64,000 bases of DNA, taken from positions 24,986,001-25,050,000 of the forward strand of contig NC_043004.1 of assembly GCF_006345805.1 (NCBI RefSeq), read 5' to 3'. Below are positions 25,731 through 39,198 of the stretch, piece after piece. The notes beneath the pieces were generated by a model that was not told the origin of the DNA, ran no database searches, and saw only the letters and a list, made by a program, of their open reading frames with translations. This DNA comes from Octopus sinensis (Eukaryota). The first letter of the stretch is position 1; every line of letters begins with the position of its first letter. A program made the position numbers and the translations under genes.

Positions 25731-26780
25731 AATAGTAAAGGGCGCGGCGTACCCAGAAAGGCCTCCAAACGTCTAAAGAAATCCAGCCGTTTGGTCCCGT
25801 TAGGGGCGTAGACGGCCACCAGTCTAAAGACACCCCTTACCTATTGTTCACGTCCGCGACCACCAGCTTACCGTCCGGGTTCCGGAAGATCGATTAGACG
25901 CTTGATGAGATTCGAGTCATTGATGTGAAAACCCAGAAAATACTAACCAGCACACAATTTCCACATCATCAGTGACGTAGATCGCCTCTATCTAAAACGA
26001 AAACAAGGGTCAGAGGCTTAACGTCAATCCAGACTGCCTTTGAATGTCGTATTATATCCCTTCGGTAACATAATTTAACCACCAAGTGTCGATGTGCATC
26101 CCTTGACCAAGTTTGCCATGCTGACGTTTACCTGAGATATTACTAAGGAGGTCGATTAGCTAGCAATAAATATGACCAAAGTGTATCAGTTCCTGTTCGC
26201 AAACAGGGTTGCTGCCGGAAGGTCATGTGTGGCAGCAGGATTCAGCCCCTTGCCACACCTCCGGAAAGTGTCAGAAGTGGTCGTCGAAGAATTTCTACGA
26301 CTTCACCAGTTCCAATTTCTTGTGTCCTAATTATCCCGATTATAATCTCTGCCAGCAACACCAAGCCTGATCTGGTTACCAAGATCAAGGAGGTGTTCGG
26401 AAAACTTTTCTAGGGAAATATGCGTCAGGTTCCGGAGTCGTCTTGAGGCCAAGGTAGAAGCTGAGGGAAGCTACTTGGAGTAAATTGTTATTTCGCAACC
26501 ATTTCTAGTTGATATTTTTTTGAGTTTTTAAAATACTTTTATTTTTGGATGGAATACTGTGTTTTCTTTTATGCAAACTGTCAAATTTAGTCCGAACACC
26601 CAGTATAAATATGTAATGGTTTCTGCATAGTTTTCGCCTACCAAATACCACTTCCAATGTACTGCATCACATTATGGCGAAACGAACTTAATAAAACAGC
26701 TGTACTAGCGATTTTTGCTCGATAATTTCATACTAAATACGTCTGGAGGCCTTTCTGGGTACGCCGCGCCCTTTACTATT
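25731..26780. mobile_element. ~1.05-kb element with 42-bp TIRs, superfamily unknown
   Basis: aatagtaaagggcgcggcgtacccagaaaggcctccaaacgt at 25731-25772 and its reverse complement (1 mismatch) at 26739-26780; no recognisable ORF. Confidence 0.85.
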
Positions 26781-27757
26781 ATCCTTACAATTCCAAAATA
26801 CCCATAATAAACAGCCTCGATTCTGTACCATTTCTACTTTTCTTAATGTAAGAAAGTAAAATGAATAGGTTTCAATCGGGAATCAAAACTGAGAATAGAA
26901 TTAGATTCTTGGGAAGATTATTTCTTCGTGTCCAGTGTTTTTATTAAGAGTAGCAAAAGGTACAACAGCCATCAACAGCAAAGATACAATAAAAAAACAA
27001 AACAAAACAGATTGATAAGTACAACAAAAATCATTTACTAGAACAACTGCACTGAAATCAAAAACTGATATAACCCTAGCCATACGATGGATCCTGTACC
27101 AGTTTGCTCAACGAGCTTTTAGAAACAGGAGCAATATTTCCCCTCAAACTTAGTCCAAAAATGGACAGACATATCGAATAATAAATATAGTTGAAGCATT
27201 GTATGAAAGCAGAAAGAAAAAAAGTAGACGAGAAGAAGCACTGTCGCTCATAGGTCTGCTCAATCGAGGGTGATCTGGGGGGGGGGGTTAAACAACAATA
27301 CTAACAATAACTGAATTTGCGGAGGCAATGATGACAAAACGTGACACAGTCAACATTAGTATTAGTGACAGTTACGTCATATGATTTTCTGTTTCGCCTA
27401 CATATGACATCATCTCATTGTGACAAATAGGAGAATATGTAACAAGATCTCAGAGTTTTCTATAAAGGAAAAGAAGATTGCTATTTAAAGATTAGAACGT
27501 GACTAGAAAGCTTTTAAAGCAGTTAGCACTTATCATATCAATATTTTTATTTTATTCTATTATTCGTTCAGTAGCTTCAAACATTTGTCTGTGGTCATGT
27601 TGGGACACGATATTTAAAGGTTTTCATTCGGCCATGTTGATCCCAGTACTTATTTCAGTATTCTCATCAATTTCTCATCAATTTCTAATTGTCGAACTGC
27701 TGGAATACCAAATATAAGAGAAACACACTCACACACACGCGTGCGCGCGCACACACA

Positions 27758-27809
<52 letters not shown>

Positions 27810-28262
27810 CATGGGAAACCTCATAGTACTTAAGCCAACAATATCACATGAAACAAGCTACACAATCACTTGAGACAAGCTGCACTTGCATAAACGTCCA
27901 TGCACGTCGGCTCAATCAGTCAGGCAACGCTGAAGCAATAGTATATGAAGAAATCACTTATCCTAAAACCTAACAACAATAAAGCATAAGCACTTCATAT
28001 GAATGACAGTGAGAAAATTCAAACAACGGTACTTTAATCATACCGTGTCCTTCAGCTATGCTAAAAAAACACAATTTTGTTAAACTTCATTTGATATATT
28101 GACACCATATAAATGCTATAAATAGATGTAATTTATGTCTTGACGAAAGAACTTTATACTGAAATCAATAAAAAATACCCATGAAATATCAAAATACAAG
28201 GTTTGAATCTTTTACGAAGTGTCTTCACTGTAGCAAATTCCTCTTCAGTTTTTGGAGACAGT

Positions 28263-28580
28263 GAAGGCGCATGGCTCAGTGGTTAGATCGTGAGGTTGTG
28301 AGTTCGAATCCTGGACCGGGCTGCGTGTTGTGTTCTTGAGCAAGACACATTATTTCACGTTGCTCCAGTTCACTCAGCTGTAGAAATGAGTTGTGACGTC
28401 ACAAGTGCCAAGCTGTATCTGCTGTTGCCTTTCTCTTGGATAACACTGGTGGCGTGGAGAGGGGAGGCCAGTATGCATGGGCGACTGCTGGTCTTCCATA
28501 AACAACCTTGCCCGGACTTGTGTCTGGGAGGGTAACTTTCTTGGTGCAATCCTATGGCCAGTCATGACCGAAGAGGGTCT
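28263..28580 (+). mobile_element. tRNA-derived SINE family D with CORE-like domain
   Basis: A box tggctcagtgg, B box gagttcgaatcc, then gtgttcttgagcaagacac..ccagttcactcagctgtagaaatg. Confidence 0.75.
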
Positions 28581-29424
28581 CAATTTTGGAGACACATCAA
28601 AGTCCATGAAAGTTGCAAATTACTAGTCTTCAGCGCTTGCCAGATTATAATTTCTTATACGATTCTCTGATTTACGGGTATGTGGTTAGAATGAGAAGTT
28701 ATGCCGTGCATACTTCTTTTAAAAAAGCATTAGCAACAAAAGTGAAATAAAATGGGTTTCAACGGAGAATAAATGTAAAATCATAAATTCAGGTCACAGT
28801 CAGATCAACACAGGATATTAAAAGCCGAAACAAAAACTGCAAAGCATTTTGTCCAGTGCTTTACCAACTGACAAATATTTTGTTGGATGCTCTACTGACT
28901 CCTTAGTACTCACTACGATGTCTTCCTAAGCGCAAACGACAAAAATTTGGAGAGGAGAAATGTGAAACGATGCTTTAATATTTTTATTTTTACCAGAGAA
29001 TATTATTCGGCGTAAGTGAAGCGAAACGGCTTCAAACCGGAATTGAAATCGCAGTCTCGGGTTACGCCTACTTCCCGTACACATCTAAAAAAACCCCAAA
29101 AAACCCAAAACAAAAAACAAAAACATAAACAATTAAAAAAAAAGAAGAAAAGACTAAAAACTACATACTAGAAATATCTTAACTTCTGATAGAAGGTCTC
29201 TAAAGAGAATACAAAAATTGGTTTTTCCTCCAGATTTTCATTTTTGAACTGATTTTATTTCATTTCATTTTAAAAGGAAAAGAAAAACTACAACAAAAAC
29301 ATCACAACAAAACTTGTACAACATAATAACCTAGGCTTGCCTCGTTTGTAGGTTAATCACGAGTTTCAACAGAATGGGTTTTGTATCACCGATTGCGTGA
29401 CTGTAGTTATATAGGATATCAACT

Positions 29425-29657
29425 AGGCGGCGAGCTGGCAGAAACGTTAGCACGTCGGGCGAAATGTGTAGCCGTATTTCGTCTGCCGTTAAGTGTTCTG
29501 GGTTCAAATTCCGCCGAGGTCGACTTTGCCTTTCATCCTTTCGGGGTCGATAAATTAAGTACCAGTTACGCACTGGGGTCGATGTAATCGACTTAATCCC
29601 TTTGTCTGTCCTTGTTTATCCCCTCTATGTTTAGCCCCTTGTGGGTAGTAAAGAAAT
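29425..29657 (+). mobile_element. SINE A with TSD
   Basis: Family match; tataggatatcaacta before and tatagaatatcaacta after. Confidence 0.9.
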
Positions 29658-30205
29658 ATATATAGAATATCAACTAACAGAACATGTTTGTACAGAAAAC
29701 AGTTATAGCCTCTTTGCACTTATGTTCTTCTCTTCACCTTTATTTTCTTTCTCCCTTTCTCATTCATTGTATATTTGTATCCTCCATTTCGTGTTGTAAT
29801 GTACATTGATTTGTTCTCGGATGACTTCAATTCCATGTAAGTTTTTCTATGAGAAGAGAAGACGTTGCTAGACCCTCACTCATACTTTCTCCATTTCTAG
29901 AGATCAAGATGGTGTAAGTACTCCACTACGATCCTTTGTACAACACAATAGTCTCGTTTCGGGCACGCAATATTGACAAATCACAAAAATAACGAAACAT
30001 TCATGTCTAACCCATCTGAAACGAGATATGATGCGAGTTATCCCTCTTGACTATGGTTTGCAGGTGGTTTAGTACCTGGCGAATTGATTAGGATATATTC
30101 TCTTACACTTATAAACCGCAGCATGATCACAAACTGGCAAAACACATGCCCTGTGTATGTGTGATCGATGTTGTTCATATCTCTCCACCTGCTTCCCATT
30201 TATAT

Positions 30206-30321
<116 letters not shown>

Positions 30322-30323
30322 AT

Positions 30324-31180
30324 AGGCGCAGGAGTTGCTGTGTGGTAAGTAGCTTGCTAACCACCACATGGTTCCGGGTTCAGTCCCACTGCGTGGCATC
30401 TTGGGCGAGTGTCTTCTGCTATAGCCCCGGGCCGACCAATGCCTTGTGAGTGGATTTGGTAGACGGAAACTCAAAGAAGCCTGTCGTATATATGTATATA
30501 TATATATATATGTGTGTGCGTGTTTGTGTGTCTGTGTTTGTCCCCCTTGCATTGCTTGACAACCGATGCTGGTGTGTTTACGTCCCCGTCACTTAGCGGT
30601 TCGGCAAAAGACACCGATAGAATAAGTACTGGGCTTACAAAGAATAAGTCCCGGGGTCGATTTGCTCGACTAAAGGCGGTGCTCCAGCATGGCCGAAGTC
30701 AAATGACTGAAACAAGTAAAAGAGTAAAAAGAGTATATATATATATATATATATAATATATATATATAGGCGCAGGAGTTGCTGTGTGGTAAGTAGCTTG
30801 CTAACCACCACATGGTTCCGGGTTCAGTCCCACTGCGTGGCATCTTGGGCGAGTGTCTTCTGCTATAGCCCCGAGCCGACCAATGCCTTGTGAGTGGATT
30901 TGGTAGACGGAAACTCAAGAAGCCTGTCGTATATATGTATATATATATTATGTGTGTGTGCGTGTTTGTGTGTCTGTGTTTGTCCCCCTTGCATTGCTTG
31001 ACAACCGATGCTGGTGTGTTACGTCCCCGTCACTTAGCGGTTCGGCAAAAGACACCGATAGAATAAGTACTGGGCTTACAAAGAATAAGTCCCGGGGTCG
31101 ATTTGCTCGACTAAAGGCGGTGCTCCAGCATGGCCGAAGTCAAATGACTGAAACAAGTAAAAGAGTAAAAAGAGTATATA
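30324..31180 (+). mobile_element. Tandem pair of near-identical SINE B copies
   Basis: 30324-30733 and 30768-31175 share private variants (ggagttgctg, ctaaccaccacatgg, ggccgaagtc). Confidence 0.9.
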
Positions 31181-31326
31181 TATATATATATATATACATA
31201 TACACGCACATGATACAAGTAAATAGACACCCCATAAAACATCGTTTCTGTTTATTCTTGCAAAAGCTTATATTTCTTATTAGTTGACATTTTTATGTAT
31301 CAGATTCTATATGTAACTGTTTAATC

Positions 31327-32285
31327 ATGCCATGTACAAAAGAAGCCTTAGAACTGTGTGAATTTCAAAGAGGCCGTATTATTAGTCATTCCGAATGTAG
31401 ATATAGTCAGCGTAAAATCGCAGAAAACCTTGGGATCCCGCTTTCTACAGATAATAGAGTGATTGTGCAACTCACCAGAGAGGGGAAGGAGTCCACATTA
31501 CCTTGTCCAGATCAACCAGAGCCCTCTGACAGGACCATTCTCTTTGCTAAGAGAAGTGTGGATAATCCTCGTTGCAAGGCCTCTGACATAGCAGAGCAAG
31601 TTGATGTCAGTCCCAGGAAGCCACGTCTTTGACCAGCCAATATGAAGTGGAGAAAAGATTGGGTCAGTCAGATGGTGGAGAGGCCATTAGCATTTTGGGA
31701 CACTGCCATATTCTCTGATGAGTCAAGATTTGCTGTATTTCCTAACAGTGGTCGAGTGTGGGTCTGGAGATTGTGATCAAGAATTTGATGTGAAAATATT
31801 GCAACCAGCAATGAAACACAGCAGCTATTCTATGATGGTCTGGGGAACAATTTGGAGCAATGGTTGATCAGAACTGATGGACTGTGAGCGGAGGATAAAC
31901 TCAAATAAATATGTATCCATATTCCAGAAAGGACTCCTTCCAAACTCTTCCTGTGGTGAAATGATTAAAGAAGACTAATTATGGAAGATAGGATTCCTTA
32001 TCACACGCTTAAAATGCCATTCTTTGTTGGAAAAGAATGGCATTAGAAAGCTTCCATAACCAAGCCAGTCACCAGATACGAACCCTATAGAACACCTCTG
32101 GGGCATAATGGACAGGACATTTGATAAACAGAACAAGAAAGCATCTTCAAAGCCAGATCTTTTGAGATTATTGCATGAAACTTAGCAAGATATTCCGTAA
32201 GAGAATATTCACCATCTGATCTGTAACATGTCTAAAAGGGCCTTTGCATTGAAAAATGCAAAGAGCATGTCTATTAAATATTAAA
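31327..32285 (+). pseudogene. Degenerate Tc1-family transposase
   Basis: N-terminal HTH ([23 protein letters not shown]), IFSDESRF, MVWG, SQSPDTNPIEHLWG; stops and frameshifts. Confidence 0.85.
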
Positions 32286-32372
32286 TGTTCACATTATAAC
32301 AACTAACAAATAATTTGAATGTATAATTTCAGATTTAAATAAATTTGGAAGATGTCCGTCATATATATATAT

Positions 32373-32512
32373 ATGAGGGATGACCACTAAGTGGACTTCC
32401 ATTATGCTAGAGATTGACTCCATTTTTTTGAGAACAATCTTTTCTTAGTGGTCAGACCATATGGGGTCTACCTCTAGTATAATGGAAGTCAACTTGGTAG
32501 TTATCTCTCTTA
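32373..32512. mobile_element. ~140-bp MITE-like inverted repeat between TA tracts
   Basis: agggatgaccactaagtggacttccattatgctagag / ctctagtataatggaagtcaacttggtagttatctct. Confidence 0.6.
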
Positions 32513-32602
32513 TATGTATTTAATATAATTTTTCTGAATTTTCAGATTTTTCAATATGCTAGGCCACTGGTTTAAAATTGGTATTAATCAAATTAACATC
32601 TG

Positions 32603-32694
<92 letters not shown>

Positions 32695-32728
32695 CTATCT
32701 ATCTATCTATCTAATCAAATTTTATATA

Positions 32729-32776
<48 letters not shown>

Positions 32777-33351
32777 AATAAGAAGGGGTCATTGCCGAGA
32801 TGCACTTTAACTGTAATCGAACCGCAGCAATGAACTCCCGAAATGGCCATAGGTGTGTTTCATTTGATTTTGTGGAACTCTTTTTACTCCTGGACTCTAA
32901 CCTACCATGGTTTCAGGAATTGAACATGTTTGGACGTAATCTTTCGTGTGAGGGCAGTAAAAAATTATTTTAGTCGATTGATATTCTATTTTATTTTAGT
33001 TTATTTAGATTTTTAGTAGCATGACACGCTTTAGAATTTTTAGTCGATTTTATTTATCTTTTTGATAAGCCGTTCTATATATTTGTATTTTTTTCCGCAT
33101 ATATATTTTCACCTTCTGTTTTTTGTATATGTACATTTTATATGTTTAAGAACCATGGTAATATTTATATGTGATCAAATGTTTGGAGGTATGGTGTTAT
33201 ATATAAAGTCGTTGCCTCGAATTGATGTTTGTTCTATGATCAATATTTCTTTATCTCTGTCTCAATTACATTTCAGCACTTCTTTTTTGCAGTCCTATAA
33301 GCCCTTTTGCTTCCATAAAAGAGACAAAAACTACTTCTTGTATATATATAT

Positions 33352-33399
<48 letters not shown>

Positions 33400-33628
33400 C
33401 ATATATTTGTGTGTGTGTGTGTGTTTGTCCCCCACCACCGTTTGACAACCGGTGCTGGTGTGTTTACGGCCCTGTAACTTAGTAGTTCGACAAAAAAGGA
33501 TGATAACATAAGTACTAGGGTTATAAAAATAGCCCCAGGCACGATTTGTTCGACTAAAATCCTTGAAGGCGGTTCCCCAGCATGGCTGAAGTCTAATGAC
33601 TGAAACAAGTTAAAATTAAAATAAATAA

Positions 33629-33716
<88 letters not shown>

Positions 33717-33889
33717 TTATGTATATATATGTATGTATTTATGTATGTGTGTTTACGGCCCTGTAACTTAGCAGTTCGACAAAAAAGGATGATAAAATAA
33801 GTACTAGGGTTATAAAAATAGCCCCAGGCACGATTTGTTCGACTAAATATATGTATGTATTTATATATATATAAATAGAGCAAACTTAC

Positions 33890-34014
33890 TCAGATTGTAC
33901 AGACTCAAAGAATTAGAGGGGAAAGGGTATGGTATTACAAGTCCGACAGCTGATTCTGGGAGCTCGGCGTTACTTCTTGGTGTTGGTAGATGTAGCTCAC
34001 CAAAAGTTTGCAGC
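33890..34014 (-). CDS. Candidate 125-nt internal exon of an unidentified host gene (copy 1)
   Basis: Acceptor ctttcattacag|G, donor TGA|gtaagt, one open frame LQTFGELHLPTPRSNAELPESAVGLVIPYPFPSNSLSLYNL; no homology recognised. Confidence 0.35.
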
Positions 34015-35198
34015 CTGTAATGAAAGCAGACAAGCGTTGGAAAAAATGCGGCCTCCTTCTTTCAGAGTGACGATATAAGAATCTAACGTATCAGATTATA
34101 ATGCGGAGAAATATAAATTATATAAAAGAAAGTTTACTATCTTTTGATGTATTCCCATGTTGTAATGAAACAATCGTAACAAGAGAATTAAAAATAATAC
34201 TCAAAACACAACTCTTTGCTTTAAGATATATGTGTGTGTGTGTGTGTGTGTGTGAGTACGCATAGACACACAGACAATCACATGTACGTACGTACATACA
34301 TTAAACATAAATACATGAATGCATACATACATACATACATAGATACATACATTTTCAATTATAGGGAGAATGGAGTTGTTAGAGACGTGGTGCTGTTCGT
34401 AATACTTGTGATAAGATCATCTATCAATAAAAAACGACACCAAGTGGTTGGGAAATTGTTTTTGTCACTGACAGTGTCATTGAGGGATTGAACTCTGGGC
34501 GATCATACTAATTTATGGATGTCTTGCACAAAAGACAGTCCAACAGTTACGCCCGTTGCTTACTTTAGTTACAAGGAAAAACGTGAACTCATCACTACAA
34601 ACCAAACGAAACACTAATTGCTTATTCATGATAGCAATTTACAACCCTCTTCATACACTGCCACCCTCACCCCCACTCTCACTATTACGCCTATTTTGAG
34701 TGTACGTCTGTGTGACTGAATTTCTTTAGAAAAGGAAATACTTGAAATATACATTTCAAAATTACGATGACTAACTTTTCTGAACTCAAATGGTGATAAT
34801 TTTCTGGGTAAAATTGTTTTGCATTTTCAAGTGCACACCTCAATGTATACAGATACATGCACAGTTATATAGAAATTCTTGAATACACACACACAACACA
34901 CACACACACACACGAAGGATTGAGTCCGAAACGTTGGATATTTCACTCCTCACGGCAAGTTCAATGTACCCCTTTCACTGTTTTCTGTATATATATATAT
35001 ATATATATATTATATATGTATGTATTTATGTATATATATGTATGTATTTATGTATGTGTGTTTACGGCCCTGTAACTTAGCAGTTCGACAAAAAAGGATG
35101 ATAAAATAAGTACTAGGGTTATAAAAATAGCCCCAGGCACGATTTGTTCGACTAAATATATGTATGTATTTATATATATATAAATAGAGCAAACTTAC

Positions 35199-35323
35199 TC
35201 AGATTGTACAGACTCAAAGAATTAGAGGGGAAAGGGTATGGTATTACAAGTCCGACAGCTGATTCTGGGAGCTCGGCGTTACTTCTTGGTGTTGGTAGAT
35301 GTAGCTCACCAAAAGTTTGCAGC
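35199..35323 (-). CDS. Candidate 125-nt exon (copy 2)
   Basis: Identical to 33890-34014 including splice signals. Confidence 0.3.
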
Positions 35324-35534
35324 CTGTAATGAAAGCAGACAAGCGTTGGAAAAAATGCGGCCTCCTTCTTTCAGAGTGACGATATAAGAATCTAACGTAT
35401 CAGATTATAATGCGGAGAAATATAAATTATATAAAAGAAAGTTTACTATCTTTTGATGTATTCCCATGTTGTAATGAAACAATCGTAACAAGAGAATTAA
35501 AAATAATACTCAAAACACAACTCTTTGCTTTAAG

Positions 35535-35571
<37 letters not shown>

Positions 35572-36198
35572 TACGCATAGACACACAGACAATCACATGT
35601 ACGTACGTACATACATTAAACATAAATACATGAATGCATACATACATACATACATAGATACATACATTTTCAATTATAGGGAGAATGGAGTTGTTAGAGA
35701 CGTGGTGCTGTTCGTAATACTTGTGATAAGATCATCTATCAATAAAAAACGACACCAAGTGGTTGGGAAATTGTTTTTGTCACTGACAGTGTCATTGAGG
35801 GATTGAACTCTGGGCGATCATACTAATTTATGGATGTCTTGCACAAAAGACAGTCCAACAGTTACGCCCGTTGCTTACTTTAGTTACAAGGAAAAACGTG
35901 AACTCATCACTACAAACCAAACGAAACACCAATTGCTTATTCATGATAGCAATTTACAACCCTCTTCATACACTGCCACCCTCACCCCCACTCTCACTAT
36001 TACGCCTATTTTGAGTGTACGTCTGTGTGACTGAATTTCTTTAGAAAAGGAAATACTTGAAATATACATTTCAAAAATTACGATGACTAACTTTTCTGAA
36101 CTCAAATGGTGATAATTTTCTGGGTAAAATTGTTTTGCATTTTCAAGTGCACACCTCAATGTATACAGATACATGCACAGTTATATAGAAATTCTTGA

Positions 36199-36232
<34 letters not shown>

Positions 36233-36299
36233 AGGATTGAGTCCGAAACGTTGGATATTTCACTCCTCACGGCAAGTTCAATGTACCCCTTTCACTGTT

Positions 36300-36346
<47 letters not shown>

Positions 36347-36350
<4 letters not shown>

Positions 36351-36875
36351 GTCATTAAGAATGAAACGTTCTTTCTTATGTATCAAGTTTGACAGTCGTT
36401 AACTCTAATGTTTTCTCCCGACAATTATTTGTTTTACAACATTGAAGAGTTACATCACCACTTTTCGAAATGCAATTCATGGTGTTTGATTATATTGTGA
36501 GATTCCTTATATAAATCAATTTTTGTGAACCCATGGACAGATGAAAAAATTCGTGTTGTTTATGAATATGTGTTCCGTCGGGGAACCTATGCATCCCAGA
36601 CAGCTCGAAACATCAATGAGGTGTTTGGCGAAGATGTGGCGAATGAGCGCACTATATGTCGATTGTCTGAGAAGTTCCGGTCTGGTGACTTTACTCTTGA
36701 AAATCAGCCTCGTGGTAGACCTGAGACCAGATGGATGATGATGACCTGGAAACTGCAGTGGAAGTAGATACATCTCAAACTACGCGTGATTTAGCAGCAA
36801 GGTTTGATGTTTCGATTCCAACTGTATTGGACTATCTGAAACAAATTGGCATGGTAAAGAAGCTGGACAAGTTAC
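36347..36875 (+). pseudogene. Mariner transposase N-terminal HTH fragment
   Basis: IRVVYEYVFRRG..TARNINEVFGEDVANERT..KFRSGDFTLENQPRGRP, then QTTRDLAARFDVSIPTVLDYLKQIGMVKKLDK. Confidence 0.85.
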
Positions 36876-37029
36876 CAGTCATTTTGCAATGCTTCTCTCG
36901 AGTACCTATGGCCACCGAGAAAGTGACAAAAGTCTTGTACAAGCTTTTGTCTTTTAAATCCAATGACGTACAGATGTCTCACTATGAATGTGAAACGGCT
37001 ATCATCTGATAAGATGAAGCTATCATATG

Positions 37030-37063
<34 letters not shown>

Positions 37064-37239
37064 TGTATGTATGTATGTATGTATGTATGTATGTATGTAT
37101 GTATGTATTATGTATGTATGTATGTATGTATGTATGAATGGATGGATGGATAGATGGATGTGAGTGTGTATATGGATGGGTGTGACTGTATGCATGTGAC
37201 TGTGTGTATGCGTGTATGCGTGAGCGTGTGTATGTATGT

Positions 37240-38512
37240 ACAAAGGGAAGTAAAAAAAATTATCCGCACTTTCATTAAAACTCTAGGTTGGCGGCGCTGC
37301 CTTCAGACCTGGGGTGCTAAAAGGTGGTACTTTTGTGGTTATATAACCAAAGTTTGACCTGGATCGCTTCAGCTTTCTCTCTTGTGTTACAGAGTAAACA
37401 TAGTTGCTCTGTTGGCAGTGTGCATCAAGGAATAACAGAGATCAGTAATCCGATTTCTCTTGTTTGATAGCGTATCAGGGTCTGAAATTCATCGAAGACT
37501 TTCATTACAATACAGGGACAGTGCTCCACCGCGTAAAAGTATGTGTGAGTGGATCGAGAAGTTTTTAAAATGGCCGGACAAGCGTGGAGCGTGAAGTGGG
37601 TGTAAGATGTTCATCGAATTTCACCGCTGACGTGAAGATTCAACAAGCTCTAGAGATAGTTCTGGCGAACCGACGAGTGACCATCGATGAGGTGGCATGT
37701 TCTCTGCAAATTAGTCAGGGTTCTGCATCCGAAATTATTCAAGACAAGCTTCACTTCCGCAAAGTCTGTGTGAGATGAGTGCCAAGAAAGCTTACCGAAG
37801 CGCATAAGTGCAATCTGTCAACGTTTACTCGACCCCTACAACGATGAAAGCGAAGCATTTATGGAGAGAGCATTCACAAGAGATGAGATCTGAGTTCTTC
37901 ACTTTGAGCCAGTATCCAAAAGGCAGAGTATGGAAAGGAAACCTAGAATCGCCAGTGGAAAAGTAATTCACAACTCAACCTTCCGCAGAAAAAGTGATGC
38001 TAGCCAGTTTTTGGTACGCAAAAGGGCCTATACTGAAACGTTATCTGGAAAAAGGGGTCTACAATCAGTGTAAAATATAGTCAAATGCTGACCAACAAAC
38101 TGATATCAGCAATTCGCACCAAACACCGAGGTCTATTGTCAAAACAAGTGTATTGTTACACGACAATGCACACTTACATATGGCCGCCCCCATTAGGTTT
38201 CGAGTTACTAAACAACCTCCATACATTCCAGATCTCGCTCCTTCCGATTATCACGAGTTTGTTCAGCTCAAGCATTCCTTATGAGGTCATCCATTTGCTA
38301 CGGATGAAGAAGTGCAGGAAGCGGTGTGCACAAATGGCTGCGCGAACAGCCGAAAACTTTCTTCTCCGATGGAATAAAAGCAAGCTTGCAGACTGCTGGA
38401 AGATGTGTATCGAAAAGCAAGGAAATGATGTCATTATTCAACTTCTGCTTTTGTTTCAATGAATTAAAATTACTGAAACAAATAGGCATATAATTCTTGA
38501 ACTACACTTGTA
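37240..38512 (+). mobile_element. Degenerate near full-length mariner element
   Basis: NRRVTIDEVACSLQISQGSASEIIQDKLHFRKVCVR*VPRKLT, PSAEKVML, PDLAPSDYH; weak TIRs with TA flanks. Confidence 0.85.
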
Positions 38513-38614
38513 TGTATGTATGTATGTATGTATGTATGTATGTATGTATGTATGTATGTATGTATGTATGTATGTATGTATGTATGTATGCATTTATGTA
38601 TGTATTTATGTATG

Positions 38615-38671
<57 letters not shown>

Positions 38672-38754
38672 AATATTAGGGAATAAATCCAAATTTACAG
38701 GGAGAAAAAAAAATCAGATTTAGGATAAATCCAATTTTATAGTAAAATATTATA

Positions 38755-38972
38755 TAATATTAATTAGAGACAAAACCACTATTTTGCAAAACAAACAAGG
38801 AAAGACTTAATCAATACATAAAATTTTAATAAAAAGTAAAAAAACCGCCACTACAATTGTTTCATGTCCTGATCGACAATCTTCAGGTGGATTTCCAATT
38901 TTCAAGTCAGTATTTTATGTATTGATTAAGTCTTTCCTTGTTTGTTTTGCAAAATAGTGGTTTTGTCTCTAA

Positions 38973-38982
<10 letters not shown>
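38755..38982. repeat. Perfect ~70-bp inverted arms enclosing a hammerhead
   Basis: taatattaattagagacaaaaccac..caatacataaaat at 38755-38825 and its reverse complement at 38912-38982. Confidence 0.9.
38848..38890 (-). ncRNA. Type I hammerhead ribozyme motif, canonical core
   Basis: ccac CTGAAGA t tgtc-gatcag-gaca t GAAA c-aatt-g TA gtgg. Confidence 0.85.
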
Positions 38983-39048
<66 letters not shown>

Positions 39049-39198
39049 GGGAGGTTATGAGAGGTAATGGTGTCAGTGAGACCCAAAGGTGTCAAGTAAT
39101 GCTGAGTAAGTGTTATGGATAGACCATAGTTAAGTTCCAGGTTCGGTGATTATGCGAATAAGGGGTCTACGTAGGTCATATATCAACGTATGTATACA

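Larger units (their letters stand above)
33708..36310. repeat. Near-identical tandem duplication, period ~1309 bp
   Basis: 33708-35000 versus 35017-36310; differences mostly microsatellite length plus 1-2 point changes. Confidence 0.95.

Noticed and set aside
32789-32833. Hammerhead-like tcattgc..gaa..gcaatga
   Set aside because: Stem I pairs but both core halves are too degenerate
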